DNA of 63,996 nt, filler included, from Diploschistes diacapsis (lineage: Eukaryota), in the NCBI GenBank assembly GCA_023645945.1. It is 7 parts of 7 records of this genome, joined end to end, with 100 filler letters (N's around TTAATTAATTAA, not from the genome) between each part and the next. Parts side by side here need not be neighbours in the genome. Positions count along the whole stretch, not along the records: positions 46,884 to 52,841 come from JALAIB010001460.1; positions 52,942 to 58,897 come from JALAIB010001461.1; positions 58,998 to 63,996 come from JALAIB010001621.1; 4 more parts are not named here. One strand, 5' to 3'. Position numbers and translations under genes: made by a program. A model generated the notes under the pieces. The model was not told where the DNA came from. It worked only from the letters and a program-made list of their open reading frames with translations, and did no database searches. Below, piece by piece: positions 48,655-63,265 of the stretch (its first letter is position 1; the number at the start of each line of letters is the position of its first letter).

Positions 48655-51154
48655 TATCTGAACTTGGTTCCGCATAGAATTACGGTCACAGTATCCAAGA
48701 CAGTTGATCTTGCCTCACTTCTGCAAGCGCTTGCGATGGGTATCGAGACCGTTTCACCAGGACGCTCAATCTAAGCGAGGAAAACGGGGAATATCTAGTG
48801 AGATTGATTATTTCTCAAACACAAAATATTGAAGGGATACGGCACCTGGCTATGGTCGTTCCGTCCTCTTGATTTGGGCAAGCCTTCCCTATCTGCCGCC
48901 TGCCGATGAGTACACTATGCGGATCAGAGCCCCAGCAATCCGCAGGAGTTCTTTAGAAGGCTATGAGTCCACAAGATTAGCGAGTCTTCAAGATAATGCG
49001 CGTAGTGGCGCCAATTCGTTCGGATGCCGAAGATACGTTGAGTTGGTGATCTTCACTTTGGATAAAATGGTTCAGCAGGTGCCTTGATTGCCCGGATCCG
49101 TGGATCAGTCTGAGTAATGCAAAACATCATCCTGGCCTGGATGTTCCACCACTTCGAATTATCGATTGCAGGATCTTAGGCCTCAATCTGTGGGTTTGCA
49201 GCGACCAACACCATGATGTGGTTGGAGATGCCAGCAGTTTTGCTTCTTTCACAGCAAAGTCTGCCCAAGAGATCATGGCCTGGACTGTTCTATCCAGCTG
49301 TATGCTGTCGAAGGGCAACCTGCAGTCACCCCTTATGACTATGAAGCTATTCACAGAGTTCGAGCTGTTGGAAACAAAGCCGTGTTTGCACCCAGCATGT
49401 TCTACGCTTTGACGCTGCGGTGCTCTTCTGGAATGCTCCCCTCAGTAACAGTTCTCTGCCTCTGAAAGTCAAAGTTAGGATGATCATCAGAGCTCTTGCC
49501 CACATCAGAAGCTTGCAACAACGTAATGACCAAGTCCCCGATTTCAACTTTCCCAAAGCTTCCCGTCCAAGGAGTATCATCTACCATCCCAGCTTAGGGT
49601 TACCCAACCTTCCTGCACTCTAGTGATCCATTTGCTGTAATAGAAAACTCACAATGCATTCAAGCACAATTTCTAAACTCTTATTTGCCGTTAATTCCTG
49701 GGGTAGCATAATCGGTGAGCATAAAACTTCCCCCTCAGTCGCTGGATTCATCCTTTGGCAATCTCAGATTTCCATATCTCAGTTGACGAACACGAAAACT
49801 CCCTTACTTCCCTTGACAAAGCTTGTGAAAGTGCATATTTGTGCTGGGGGCTGCGGTGCTGGGTGTTCTTCCTGCCAAGGCGGCTGCCCCATCCATTTAT
49901 TCCTGGCCTTGAGCATGAACCCAAGGCCAGTAGTCACCCTCAAGTTGAGGTGCAAGGTATGCTTAGTCCGTGTTTATACTCTTGTATTGTGCGATGTCGG
50001 ATTTTGAGCTTTACATTCTCGCAATCTTTGTTCTTTGTGGGTAAACTGAGGGTCACAACTCGAACATTTTGATTGCAGGGGGCAGAATTCTGAGGAAAGC
50101 TTCGTTCATTGAGATGGTTGTCTGACTAATATTTATATTTATTGGCTTGTGGATCAGCCAGAAAATCGATATTCGCGAGCCGGATGAGATCTGTTGTCCT
50201 CCTGGCGCAAACGACAATGAAAAGTGCGGGTGCTAAGAGAGATCGCTGAATCCCTCCTTGGTCATTCATTCAAGCGAAGCATAAACAGAAGCAGTCCATG
50301 CATCAGTCACTCATTCAATGTATCACTTCTCGACAACGTCACGTTTATAATTCTATCAAAAATGATGAAATGCCTTTTCCAATTCTTATTTCAAATCCTT
50401 ATTTCCTCGTGTTGCTGAAGCGATTCGAAGATGAGATCAATCGCAGTGCGAACTTTGATATACCGATCATTCACGCCCAAGCTATAGAAAGCCGAACACC
50501 AAGATTTGATACCCAGATGTTTCGTCCTTTTGATAGTCGATGAGCTGCTTTATATGATAATATTCCGGTTATCTCAGGAGGAGCACTGCCTGCCTGCCAA
50601 GTAGTTTAGCTTGTATTTAGTTCCTATAGTAAATTTGGATGCATTACACTACACAACGAGCCACGGCTGATAATGTCGTAAGAAAGGTTATTTGTGGATA
50701 TTGATGATTTATTAGTTACGAAGAAAAGTGAGATTCAGATTATGTAAAGATTATGTAATACATTATTGTCACATGATACGAGCGCGTAACGTGGCTTATA
50801 TGCGCTAGGAACAAGTCAAACGGCGTTTGCAGCTTTCCCTCCGAAGGATCTCCAGGAAGCCGGATTTAGAGAGATCCTGCCGTAATCTATGCTACGCTGC
50901 TTGAAAAGAAGGTTGCATTCCACAGTTAAGTCCATCTACTCGTTTCGAGCATGCAGGTAGAACGAAATAAGCAATGCAAAGTCTGCAAGTCTCCGCAATC
51001 ACCGATAAGGCGGTTGCAAAGGTAGGATGGAGCGGTAGCTATATACAGCTCAAGCCCTTCTTCCCATTCTTGTTCTTTTATCCTCGAGTCTGCATCTCTG
51101 CTTCGACGGCCACTTATTTTCTTGCCTTCATCCACGGTAGCTCCGGCGAACACA

Positions 51155-52267
51155 ATGTCTCTGGCTCGGACATCCAATTTCCTCCGTAGTCAATTCTCGC
51201 GTCTGCCTTACCCTGAATACTCTTTTGCTGGTCAAACGGTAATCGTTACTGGAGCAAATACTGGCCTTGGCTATGAAGCAGCAAATCATTATGTACGACT
51301 TGGCGTGGAGAAACTCATCATTGCAGTGCGGAGTTTAGAAAAGGGAGAGGAGGCGAAAAGAAAGATAGAAGAAAGAACTTGCAGAAGTGGTGCTATTGAG
51401 GTCTGGCAGCTAGACCTTAGCAGCTATGAGTCGGTAAAGAGCTTTGTGAAAAAGGCGGAAAGCCTTCCCCGGATTGATATTCTTCTGGCCAATGCTGCAG
51501 TAATATCGGGCAGCTGGCAGACTGCGGAGGGCTCAGAGCTGACCATCACAGTGAATGTCTACGGGACCTTTCTACTAGTGCTCCTGATGTTTCCTCTGCT
51601 GCGGAAGAGTAGCAGCAGACACAACACCCACTCGAAGCTCACCGTTGTCACTTCCGACACCCATCACATGACGGATTTCAAGGAAGCTGAACAAGATGAC
51701 ATCCCTGCAACACTTGATGACCCAAAAAATTTCGATGTTGGAAGCAGGTAGCCGCATATTCGCCTTTGTTATGAATAGATCTGTGCTGACAGGTCTCCAG
51801 ATATCCCATCTCCAAGCTCCTCGAAATCTACCACGTCCGAGCATTTTGTAGCAAAGTGAACCCGCATTCCACCGGCGTAACCATGAACATGGTTAATCCT
51901 GGACTATGCTGGTCAGAGCTAGGTCGGAATGCATCCTGGACTGACCAGCTTCGTCTATACATTATGAGAACATTGGTTGCAAGGACTACAGAAGTCGGCA
52001 GTAGGACGCTCGTGTATGCAACAACTGGTGGCATCGAAAGCCATGGTATGTATAGCACAGACTGCGAGTTCGTCGAGTAAGTCTCTTCGCCCACTACCCA
52101 CCGAAAGCTCTGCACCAACCTTGCTAACTCGTCCTCGTAGCCGAGCTGTTCGAAAATTCATCCGCAGCGAAGAAGGGAAGAAGGTTCAGGAGAAGGTCTA
52201 CGAGCAGATCAGTAGGAAGCTGGAGAGCATCCAGCCAGGGATTTTTGCTAATATTCCTTTGTCTTGA
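51155..52267 (+). CDS. Short-chain dehydrogenase/reductase (retinol-DH/WWOX-like)
   Basis: VIVTGANTGLGYEAA, LDLSSYESV, YPISK (YxxxK), VNPGLCWSEL. Introns at ~51749-51800 and 52077-52140. Confidence 0.92.
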
Positions 52268-52841
52268 CCTGTAACATAGCACATGTATGTGTACTGCTCA
52301 AGTGGATATGCATCTCTGTAATAGGCTCTTCCAGTCGATTTTTTCATCCCACATCTTGCTCGTCAATACAGTGCTCTGAGAGAACTCCAGCCCCACCATT
52401 TCAGACCATACTCCAGGCCCCGCGTGCGCGTATGGGGTGCCTTATCTATCTAGATCAAGCTCCCCTGTTTGGATGCCCCCCACCCACCGCACGCTCATCC
52501 GAATGAAGGAAGATGGAACCCCAGGTTTATTTACGTCTTCGAACCGTTTCCAATCGATAACAATGTCCTTAGTACCTCAATTCACCCAGTCATGTCGTTA
52601 ACGGACTAGCCCAATGGTACACCAACAACGTAATATCAACAAGTAACTCAGCAGACGCAAGAAAGAACAGCGCGTGTGTTCCAGAAACCAGAAACCAGAA
52701 ACCAGAGAACAAGACACAAGCAGAGCTTAGGAAGCCGACACAGACCACCAGAAGCAAACTCCAAACCACCATCCAAACCACGATAATTACCCCCATGGCA
52801 GCGCCCAACTCCGTCTCAACAGCCTGCCCGCCCCCCCACTC

Positions 52842-52941
52842 NNNNNNNNNNNNNNNNNNNNNNNNNNNNNNNNNNNNNNNNNNNNTTAATTAATTAANNN
52901 NNNNNNNNNNNNNNNNNNNNNNNNNNNNNNNNNNNNNNNNN
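52842..52941. other. Assembly gap linker
   Basis: N44-TTAATTAATTAA-N44. Confidence 0.98.
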
Positions 52942-53355
52942 CCCCCCCATCCGGCGCCAACACCGCGACCCCTACGGCGACTGGTGGGACAAGCAAGAGC
53001 GGCGCAACTACGGCGAGCCCGTGCACGAGGACAACGACATCCTGGGCGTCTTCGCGCCGGAGGACTACCGCCACTACACCCCGGGGAAGGCCCTTTTGCT
53101 GCTAGGCTGCTTCGGCGCCGCGGTCGGCACGCTGCTGGCGGCGGTTTACTGGACGTATCCGGATAGACCGTCGAGTTCGCGGACGTTTGAGGGCGGACTG
53201 GAGGAGGAGTTGGGGGGAAGGGGGGCCGTTAGGGTGAGTGTGCTTTTCTTTCTTTATCTTTCTTGGGTGGGTGGAATGGTGCATTGTGCATTGTGCTGGC
53301 TGGATGGCTGATTAAAGTTTGGTGTTCGTAGGCTTTGAAGCATGGTGAGGCGTGA
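52942..53355 (+). CDS. NDUFB8: NADH:ubiquinone oxidoreductase ASHI/20.1-kDa subunit (5' part lost in gap)
   Basis: RRQHRDPYGDWWDKQERRNYGEPVHEDNDILGVF...YPDRPSSSRTFEGGLEEELGG, then an intron at 53234-53331 and ALKHGEA*. Confidence 0.9.
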
Positions 53356-53703
53356 AGATGTTGATAGGAAGAAAGGCGGATTGGCTACGAGGGTGTTGGC
53401 GTTGTTGGGATGTGTACACAGAGGAAGACGCTGGGGACGTCTGTACAGCAGCGGTGAGGATGTTTGGTTCACTTTCAATGCTCACCGCGTTGAATTCGAG
53501 TCGATTACGGTTTAATTACTATCTCCAAGATTATCACAAGTGTATGCCTGACCATGAGCGCTCAGCCTTCGCATGCGGGCAAAACCTAAAGTATACAGGG
53601 TATCGTGACGACGCCAGACTGCCATATGCATGGAGACGAACAACGACGAAGCCCGCTAAACGCAAACCAATAGAAGGAAAGAAAAGGCCCTAGCTCTTCC
53701 AGC

Positions 53704-56700
53704 TCACCTTCTGGGAAGACTTCCCGCCATCCGTCCTCCTCCGGCCATGATGCTCTGCTTCACAATCATTTCTGCTGCTGCCGCTGCTGCCAGTCTTTCC
53801 TTCTGCCTGCTTCTGTCCCGTAGGTACCGCTGTGCTTCAGGCCGCATACGCAAAATACGGAGGATCATGTCGTCGCTCGGCTCCGCCTGCGCCTCCTTCC
53901 TCTTCTCCTCCTTGGCCTTCTTCATGGTCCCTAGATTTCGAGATAGCATTATGCTTTTGGCTTTCCTATGTGTGCCAATCAGGCTGCCTGCACCGGGTAT
54001 GCCAAATGAAGAGAGACCGGCTGGCGCCGACAGTCTGTTCCTGTTGCTTTGCTGTCGAGCGGCCGTGACGGATGCCATTCTTTCTGATTCGCGGATGAGG
54101 CTCTCTGTGGGTTCAAAGTAGAAGAAATTGAGCGTTTTGATATCAAAGTATTTGGGTGAGCGCAAAACATCCATAGGAACACCGTTGGCTTGTCCCGTCT
54201 CCTCGTCAACTGCATGGAAGAAATCATAGAGCAAGTCTAACCACTTGAAAACAATGTCCAGTTCCTGCTGGCTGAGGGGTTTCTGCTGAGAAGGCTTGTC
54301 GGACAACGGAGGCACAACCAAGGACTCGATAGTGACCAGCACTTCTTTCCACAATCTTGCCATCACCATTATCATGGCCTCTCCGGTCAGGGTCTGGTTC
54401 ATGATCGCAAAGTTGTCGTCGAAATAAGTAAACAGAGGCTTCAGTGTGTTCGCAACGTCCGCTGGAGTCGGGCCAGCCGCTGGCTGTTGCGGACGACTCC
54501 GATTGAAGTAGCTGGACACAGTGGATATGCTCAAGGGCTTGTTAATCAGGCTTTTTAATACCCGACGTGATAGACAGTAGTTGATGTACGCTGAAAGCTA
54601 TCGAGATATCAGTAGTGTAACGCCGGCAAAACCTCAGGCAGCCTACCTTATCCGTAATGGTTCTTGTCATATCTCTTTCGGTCCGCTTCAGCGTTCTGAA
54701 GGCCTTCCCAAAGTAGAACTGAATGTCGTCCCGCTCTCCTTCCATGCTGACCCGAAGAAGAAGGCGCCCTTGCGTATCGAGATCCAGCCAGTACTCCCTA
54801 GGCATGAAGTCGCTGAAGTGGGATGGGTCGAGCTTGATAGACGTCCTGCCTACACAATCATGTTCACCCAGCTGATCCCAGTCCCACACGGTCGCAACAA
54901 TGTTGAGGGGACCTTGAGTGGTAATGTCGAATGTCTCGTCCCAACGGGGGTTAAGACTGGCATGTATGATCCTGGTTTTCGCTAGGCGCTTCTGGTACTC
55001 GTCGCCGAGGACGACGTAGGGATCACTTAAACCATTAATATCGCAGGCTTTTAGATCTTCCGCCTCGACAATCTTGATGGTGAACACATAGTTCGCCGTC
55101 TTGCGTTGACGAACCATTAATGGCGGTGTGTTTCGCGCTATCACTTCGACACAGGCATCGACGTTGACTTCCTTTTCCAGTCTGTCAAGCTGCCGCATGG
55201 AAAACTCGATATTGTTGAGCTTGACGAATGACTAGCCCAGCATTTAGTAATCAAAACATATTTCGGAAGGGAAACAGGCACACCTCTGGCAAGAACTGGA
55301 AAGGCTCTATCTTATCCTTGTTGCTCCAAGCATCCTTTGCCATCTGCATCCAGCGCTCTTGGCGAGTCTGCATTACCGCAGCCTCTTGCTCTGGGGTGAG
55401 TCTGTCCATTTCACGGATAAACTTCTGCTCGATAAGTTCACAATAGTATGCAAGCCCGTTGCCCACAGTTCGAGCCAGGGCGGTCATAAACTTGGCATAG
55501 TGAAGGTCATTGTCCCAGTTGAGCTTCAGGATTCGGCTGATCGTTTCGTTAAAAGATGTAAAGATGTCGATGACAGAAACGCTGTGTCGCTCCTCATCCG
55601 TAGGTACTTGATCGGGGATCTTCGTTCGAACTTTGAATTCGTCTTGCTTGACGGCCCCCTCGACCCAGCCCTTGATGCTTTCATCCGTCAGCTGAATCCA
55701 TCGCCAAACGAAGCCCGCCAGCAGATCCTCAATGTTGAAAGCAAAAGGTACTCTGAGACTGGCGTTAGTCATTTCAGAAAATGAGAGCAGGTAAAAGATA
55801 TCGACCCACCCCGGCAAAGCATCTCCGTGGATTAGGCGAATCTCCACAAGCTCCTTGTAGAGGTCGAAGCCGTTATCTACCGGGACCTCTTCGTCTCTAC
55901 TTTTCGCAATCTCGAGTATGCGTGACACAAGCTCTCGAGCATCCTCAGCAAAGAGCGGAAGAATAGTTGAGAGTAGCTCATTCAAAGGGTTCGCGCTGGG
56001 GCCAAAATCAGCTTGCATATATCAATGGAAACTGAGGGGCAGGCCATACCCCATGATCTCTGGATTTTTGCGATAGCGTTTCTGTATGCGCTGACCGAGG
56101 TTCATAATACTTTTTCCAAGTTCAATAACATTGAAGAACTCCCATTGTTCTTGGTCGCTTGGTACGTTCTTCTCCATGAAAGTTTGGTATGCAATCCTCG
56201 CCCGATCCCTTAGCCCCTGACGGAGCTGTTCTGTAAAGATCTCCAAGTCTCGCGAGGTTCTAGTGAAGCTTGGGTCGGGGAATATGTATGTCTCAAGGAA
56301 ATGGACCAGGATACCCACAGAAGGCGGTTTTGGCTCATAACAGCGCACCGCAGTATCATAAAGATCCCGTAGAAGAGCATCGTTCAACGATATCAAGATC
56401 TGCTGGTTTAAAGCAATGTCACCGATGGTCCATTTTGACCGATCCAGCAGCATTGCGTTCTTTATGGAATTCCCCTTCCTTCCCTCGGGTAGCGGGGTTC
56501 TGACGTATTCAAAGGCCGCCAGCAATGTATCGACGGAGATTGCTCGGTCGATGAACTTTTCGCGGCATACGTCGAGAAATAAAACCAGCCTGGAAGAATA
56601 TGGAACTCTCCAGCGAAGACAGAGCTCATTCAAGAGCTCGGTAGACTGCGGAGATAGTAACTTCACAGCCGATGGGTCGGTCCCCTCATGCGACCCCAGC

Positions 56701-58022
56701 AAGGTATCATCCCGGAAGTCCGAGGACAGGGCATGGGAAAGGATGGCTCTGTAGAAGGCTCTGGGCTCGGGAGGAACGAAAACAAAGGGATGCTCTTCGT
56801 TCTCGAAGAAAGGAGTTTGATTCTCAGACACCGGGCTCATCGTGCTCATGTCGACCGGCTGGTCAATTACATAGGACGATTCTTCTTTGGGGTCGAGAAC
56901 GTTGCGTGCAGTTTCGGAGTAGGAATCTGACCGGCTCGGTCTGGCGGACGATATGCTGGATTGAGGTTGGTGGCCTAGCTTTGTCCCCTTTGCTAGTTGG
57001 GGGTTGGATTGAACGATTGCGAGAATCATTTGGGATAATTCTGGAGCCTCGGCCTTTTTCCAGGTTTCATATGCTTCCTCCAGATCGAAATCATCACTGT
57101 TCAGTACCTTCCTCGAGTTGACAGTCAGAAGCTTCTGGTACTTCTTTAGGTCCTCCAGAGCGGCTTCTTCTGTCCAAATAGACTTGTTTGCGTTGATATC
57201 GGACTGCAGCTGGGCGGGATCTATAGCAAAAACCCTCCCCACAACTTGCACGAGAGGCATGTCTTTGATCTCGTAGCTCAAGGGAACAACTACCTCGATC
57301 ATCGACCCATTGGTGTAACTCGAGTCCGGCGCCAGGTCTTCGTCATGGGCAAGCAGTTTGGTCTCCAGTGTAGCCAGACGGGATGTCAACTCGGGCCGAT
57401 CCCTGGACCACTCCTTCTCTTGGTCTTTCAGAACTAAACCAAGGAGACGCACAAAGAGTGCCACGTGACGATCGACCATCAGCCGCCACGAATCGTCACT
57501 CGGCCCTTTTCCAGCTTGCAGAACCTTGGTGGCGTTGGAATAGAATATCAAGACAAGCTCCTCGACCCGCCTATCTTTCTCCATGCGCTTCTTGAAGCCC
57601 GGTTCGATGAAGACGTTGAGATAGGCGGCGAATGACCGTTTGACTGCCGCATCCTGGTATTCTTGCCGCCTCTCTCTTCCCATCATAACGCCCGTCAGTC
57701 TCTTCTCCAATTCCGCCATGAATCCATGAGGAAACCTAGTGCTCTTTGAATCTCGAAGGACGTTAAAGTCCTTCATCAAATCTTGCACCGATGTGGAAGA
57801 GCGCTGGATGGGCTTGGCAGGTGCCGCGACATGCTGCTTGCGCTTTGCTCGTGGCTGCAGCAGATAAACGAGGAAAGCGACCCGCAGGGCATAGCTATAG
57901 GCTTCATTGGGCGCAACTTGTCGTTTGCCAGTGGACCTGGAGCCTTTGCGGGAAAGGACGCCATCGCGTAGGCTGTCGATATGGTGGCTATAGGATCTCT
58001 CACGATTGGAGGACGTAAACAT
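53704..58022 (-). CDS. C2 domain / Munc13-homology (MUN) domain protein
   Basis: Four long exons. C2 motif FTIKIVEAEDLKACDINGLSDPYVVL...NPRWDETF, MHD1 RHSVSVIDIF and MHD2 LFTYFDDNFAIMNQTL. Confidence 0.88.
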
Positions 58023-58897
58023 CACACCCAGGACGTTGCCGAGAGCTTTCTCACTCTCGCCAAAGGTAGGAGCCGAAAGTGTCTGCTCATCGGTCGACTA
58101 GTTGATGAATGTTTTGGTGAGCAGCAATGTCTAAAAGAAGGGTCTTTGGAGCATCGGAATCATAAACAGCGACTTTCTCCTGGGCCTTGAGACCATTTGC
58201 CATACGGCGCTTCGTTGGTTTCAAGGTCTGAAGTGCCAAGACTACTATTACACCCTTATCGTTAGTTAAATCCGAGCATCAACCGAGTGGATAAGAAACC
58301 AGGTGAATGGCTTGACCCTACAATGAGCCCACGCTTGAGCCCCAAAAGGCGATATAGGGGGCTGCAGATACGAACTACTGGTGATTCATTGCTGGTTTGA
58401 GAAGGTTAGAGACCACACCAAGTGGCGAGCTGAACTTTGTCATACTACTTGTCTCGAACGCTTCTCTTGTCGGTAAAGAAGCATGGATTGGTGGTAACGT
58501 AGTGTTTGTGCTCTACCTAACTACAAATAGACCAAGTCTATTCATACTAAGTTACCGACCATGACATCACAGCCCTATTCCCAGCTATAAGTTATGTGAA
58601 CCTTTAAGTTGCACACACATTATTGGAAAAGCTGAAGGGTAGGTGTAGATAGGTGCCAGGTGCCAGTACGGCAGAAAAGTGGCGACCAACAGTCATCCCG
58701 CTTATGCTGAAAAGGCGGTCTAACCCCCGGTACGAGAAAGGAACAGTTCATGGCCCATAGGCTTCCGGGTCATTGTTTTTATGGTTGAGGATCGTTGTAT
58801 GTGACATATCATGTACGGATGACGCATTGCCTAAATAGGGCTTCACACAAAGTGACGATCCTAGTGATAGGTGGGAGTAGTAAGGGGTGGGAGTAGG

Positions 58898-58997
58898 NNN
58901 NNNNNNNNNNNNNNNNNNNNNNNNNNNNNNNNNNNNNNNNNTTAATTAATTAANNNNNNNNNNNNNNNNNNNNNNNNNNNNNNNNNNNNNNNNNNNN
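58898..58997. other. Assembly gap linker
   Basis: N44-TTAATTAATTAA-N44. Confidence 0.98.
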
Positions 58998-59337
58998 TAT
59001 CTGACGTGTTCGTGGCACAGTCTACTAAGCCTTGCGGAAGGACACGTGCGGCTTGTGTGCTTGCGTGGTAATTTGGCAGATCAAGCGCTTGTTGAGGTCT
59101 TATGAGTTTGCTTTTTCGGGGAATCGATTGGGTGCGGGGTGGATGATGATTCGTATGGGATTGCTATGCTGCTGTACGGAACATCAAGCTCGAGGGTGGT
59201 AGTGGAAGGGTGACCTTTGCTATCCCCCCTCTCCTAATTCGCCTGCTTGGAGGACTATCTCATGCCCAGACAGACATCGAAGTGTAACCTCGCGTCTTCA
59301 GCGTCGGATGCTTTCTTGACCTCCATCCCTCCCCTCA

Positions 59338-62300
59338 TCAAGACACATCTGGTATCCTCACGTTCCAGATGTCCAGGTTCTCGCCCCCGGGTCCGCTCTT
59401 CCGCACCTTCTTCCCTTTCTTCCCCTTCCTCGCCGTCGCCTCATCCGCGCGCAGCACCGCAAAACTCGCCGATGTCAGCGTCTCTACCAGCTGCCCCATC
59501 CTCCCCGCTTTACTAAACGCCACGCACGCCTCCGACAGGCCCTGGCCACTGCTGTCGCTATTTGTGCTTCCGCGGCTCGGTGGGCTCGCGATTTCGACAG
59601 CGAGGTTCATGATCTTGAGGAGGATGTCGCGAGAGAGGTGCAGGCCGTCGAATTGGAGGACGTCGATGTACCCGAGAATGATGTCGGGAAGGTAGGTCGT
59701 ACGGATGGCTTCGAGGTCGGCGCGTTCTTTATCTACACAGGAAGGACGGGTGTTAGTATTTCGGACTCACCCGGCGCTGCCGAGCGGAAGCAATGAAAAC
59801 AGCGGTTGCGGACAGCGCTTACCATCCATGGGCTTTTGGAGCCAGTCGTCGCGTAGAAGCGGCTCCACTGAGCTGACCACAGCATCGTGCGCCTCTTGCA
59901 GTTCAGTCTTGTAGTTCCGCGCATGACGAGGATCCGGTTGGCTGTGCGTGGGATTAGTACCCAGAAGTAGTCATTGTGCACGACACATACTTGTCCAACC
60001 TGCCCGCTACCTCCTTCCACTCTTCTAAAGCGTCGAGGGCAATCACCATGGCTTCGAGGCCACGGAAGGTATCCGAAGATGTCAGCAGCACCTCGTTATA
60101 GCGTTCGCGGCTAGGAACATCCTCGTCGAGCTTTTCGGCAGCCACATCCATGCTACGACCGAACATGTGGCGCGTTTTCTCAAGTGATACAAAAGAGAAG
60201 GATATTCTTCGGGACAGTTCTGATGCAGCTGCGAAAGCGCCGGTTCCTATTGCAATGTCAATGATCTCGTAACCTCAGGCTTGGGGCGGAGCTTACGGAA
60301 GAAAAATTTGTAGGCCAAAGCCACCGCCCACATCGTTTCATTCCAGTGAAGCTCGAGAAGTAGATACCATTCGACAGCATGAATCAGGTCCAGCTGTTCA
60401 TCGGTATACCCTTCCCCCATGAATCCGATCTTGATCGTTGGGAAGCCGAAATTTCCGTGCCTTGGGTACTCGAGCATGTCGAGCGATGGGAAATCTTGAC
60501 GTTCTTCGTTCGAATCCGGTTCGGGTGCGACGAAGAGCAGTTGGTGACGGAGAATCTGAACAATGTCCAGCTCGTAATCATTCATTAAATTCATGATCCT
60601 CCGTCGCTCGCCAGCCTCTACAATTGCCGGAAGCTGGCGAGCCAGGCATTCTATTCCACCCTTTTCAGAAAGACGAGAACAATACAAGGGCAGCAAGTCT
60701 TGCTTTCCTGCTTGGCCTAAGAAGTTAACATAGGCGAAGATGATGTTCTCGGTTGCGGTGTCTCCGTTCCCAATGACGCGTAGGTCGTTGAAAACGAGTA
60801 TGATATGGGTGAGTACCCTGAGCATGTCATGATCATCACTTAAGTCACCTTGGGTTTGGCCACGTCCAAGCGCTAGCCCTAGATCACGAATGTGTTGCTG
60901 GAAGGAGCCAGCAATCAAGCTACCCTGCAACATCTTGATTGGTTGTTGTGCTTCTTCTTTGGTAACCTCATAGGTAAGCAGGGAGTTCCACGCTTCTTGA
61001 CCACTCAGGTTCGAAGGCCTCGTGTCATCAAAGAACATTCTTTGAGTTTGCGAGTCCACTGTCCTCGGAAGCCGACAAGCGAGCCTTCTCTGAATATAAA
61101 AGTCGAATTGGTTGAGCAGTTGCGAGTTGTAAAGTACGAAAAGGTAATCGTCCCAGCTTCGAACAACCTTCTGGGTGCTAGCCAGGTCGCCGCTCAGTAG
61201 TCCATAAACTGCGTTCTCGTAGTCATCTATTCCGCCGCCTTTGGCGGCGTTAAGGCACATCTTCCGCCAGAGGCTCCGGGACTGAGCTCCCATAACCGCC
61301 TCACGGCTTTGAACCCCCTCAAGTCTTGGATCACCTCTAATAGACAGAGCCCGCCATACTTCAATCCGTTCCTGGCAGAAGTCACGAATACTCTCCCAGC
61401 CTTTTCCTCGCCGAATCATTTCCCAGCACCCAAGCCAGGTTGCTCGCTCGAAGAACACATCTTCGGATTCCAGATTACGGCCTTGCCTGGAAAATGCATC
61501 GGGATCCAGTTGTGTGATGAGCTTTTCTTTCTGATTTCTAGTCATAAGTGATATGTCAATGCCGGGAGATCCGGGCTCAAGAGGCTGTGGCCATGATCGC
61601 AACCTCTTTTGTGCCTTGATCGCCTCCTTTGAGTATAGCCACCCATGTGCAGAGAGTCCGCTCCCCCTATCGGCTCCCTCTTCCAGTTCTGCAATGACGG
61701 ACGCTACATCCTGATCAGTGCTATCCGCATTGGCTTTGAGCCATTCTACTACCACGTGCTTTTCCCAAACGGCGTCAAAGTCGCTAAGGAAGGTTTCCCA
61801 GACATCATGTTCGGACGAATACCTGTTGATGGGTTGGCCTCCAGAAGGTCTCCGAAGAAACTTCTCTTCTTGATTTGGCAGTTCATTGGAACTACTTCCA
61901 GCAGGGTATTGCGTCTGCAATAGCAATCGGAGTAGTTGCCATGTCTGCCGCTCTTGCTCCCAGCTCTGCAAGTCATCTGGAGTCGTAAATCCGGGACCCT
62001 CCCTACCCCGAGCAGCTCTTCCTTGTGGAGGCGGCGTGCGGCTAGCGCGCCGGAGCCTCCGGTTCCAGGAACCTTTCAACATCTCTTGGCGCTCAGGACC
62101 GTGATGCTTCTTAAGACTCTTCACTGTATCCGCCGCAATCTTCTCGTAGTCGTAGACTAGAGGAATAACACGTCGACAGTCATTAGAATTTGGTTGAGTC
62201 CAAAGGCCAAGCTTGTCAAGAGTTTCCGCAAACTGTTCCACCTGTCTCCCAACTCGGTCGGCTGTCGCTTGAAGAGGGTGGATAGCGCGATGAACATCGC

Positions 62301-62475
62301 GGACGGTCAGGAATTTAGGTTTTGTGTTTTCAACGTCCATTTCGTCTGCCGTTGTGCTATCGTCTCCAGGGGTGTCATTGGAGAACTCCGAGGACTGGAT
62401 AGACATCAGCATATGCAGCTTGATATACATGAATGCAACACTGACGTGAATGCTATCGAAACTCTCCTCGCGCAT
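59338..62475 (-). CDS. NUP84: Nucleoporin Nup84/Nup107 (multi-exon; start approximate)
   Basis: WEQERQTWQLL, GWLYSKEAIK, LITQLDPDA, WRALSIRG, YENAVYGLLSGD, SWDDYLF. C-terminal exons include IRTTYLPDIILGY and NLDIWNV. Confidence 0.9.
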
Positions 62476-63265
62476 TGTACTTTGCTGGCGAAGGTCAGCT
62501 CTCGAAAGCCCTACGGGAAGCAGGTCATTACTCTTTCACTCATATTGAGGTTTGATCCCGAATAGACACTCCAAGCTGGTTGCCTTCAGATCTATCGGAT
62601 CGTGAACGATGCCAAAAGTGATTAGCAGAGAATGAAGCAACAATCTAGTCCGAGACCTTTTCTCTATGTAAAGACATATGCTTTTCTTGTCTAAATCTAC
62701 GGTAAAGAATCATGAATATCGGGAATCAGGGAAACGACGAGGTCAAATTTTGTCCATGACATCGACTTGCTCCGAAACCCTTTGCATTATCTATCTTTAT
62801 GGGTCAATCTTGTGGTTCTTAAGACCTTTCGATAGAATCATAATGCGCTAGCCAATGAGGGTCGCCCTACCTTAGGTTGTCGCTTTGCTTAGTCATAACT
62901 TGCCCAAGCGAGATTCAAATAATATTGCCAATTTTGCTTTTCTCCTCCTTCCTTCTTCAACAATGTCATAGGCAATCATTAGAGTCTCGGAGCGAACCCA
63001 TCTCATGGAACCATCAGTGTTTGTTCAGGCCTTTAAGGTCTCTCAGCGTGCTCAGCTTTTGCCTTAAAGAAATATCAGCAACTCTAAACATAGTAGGCCA
63101 CATATAGCAGATATGAGGGTCAAGGGAATTGGGCTGTAACAAAGCACACCATCTAGGATTTCTATATCTCAAAAATATCGTTGAGTACGATAACACTGGT
63201 ATTGGTATGCGGCGAGATATTTTGTATACATGTGTGCGGAAAAATAAATAAAATATATGTGCAGG

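Noticed and set aside
48700..50900. Degenerate gene between BTN1 and the SDR
   Set aside because: Scattered short ORFs on both strands with no consistent frame or recognisable domain.
5968..58997. Recurrent TTAATTAATTAA palindrome as a biological repeat
   Set aside because: Always embedded in N44 flanks; it is an artificial six-frame-stop contig linker.
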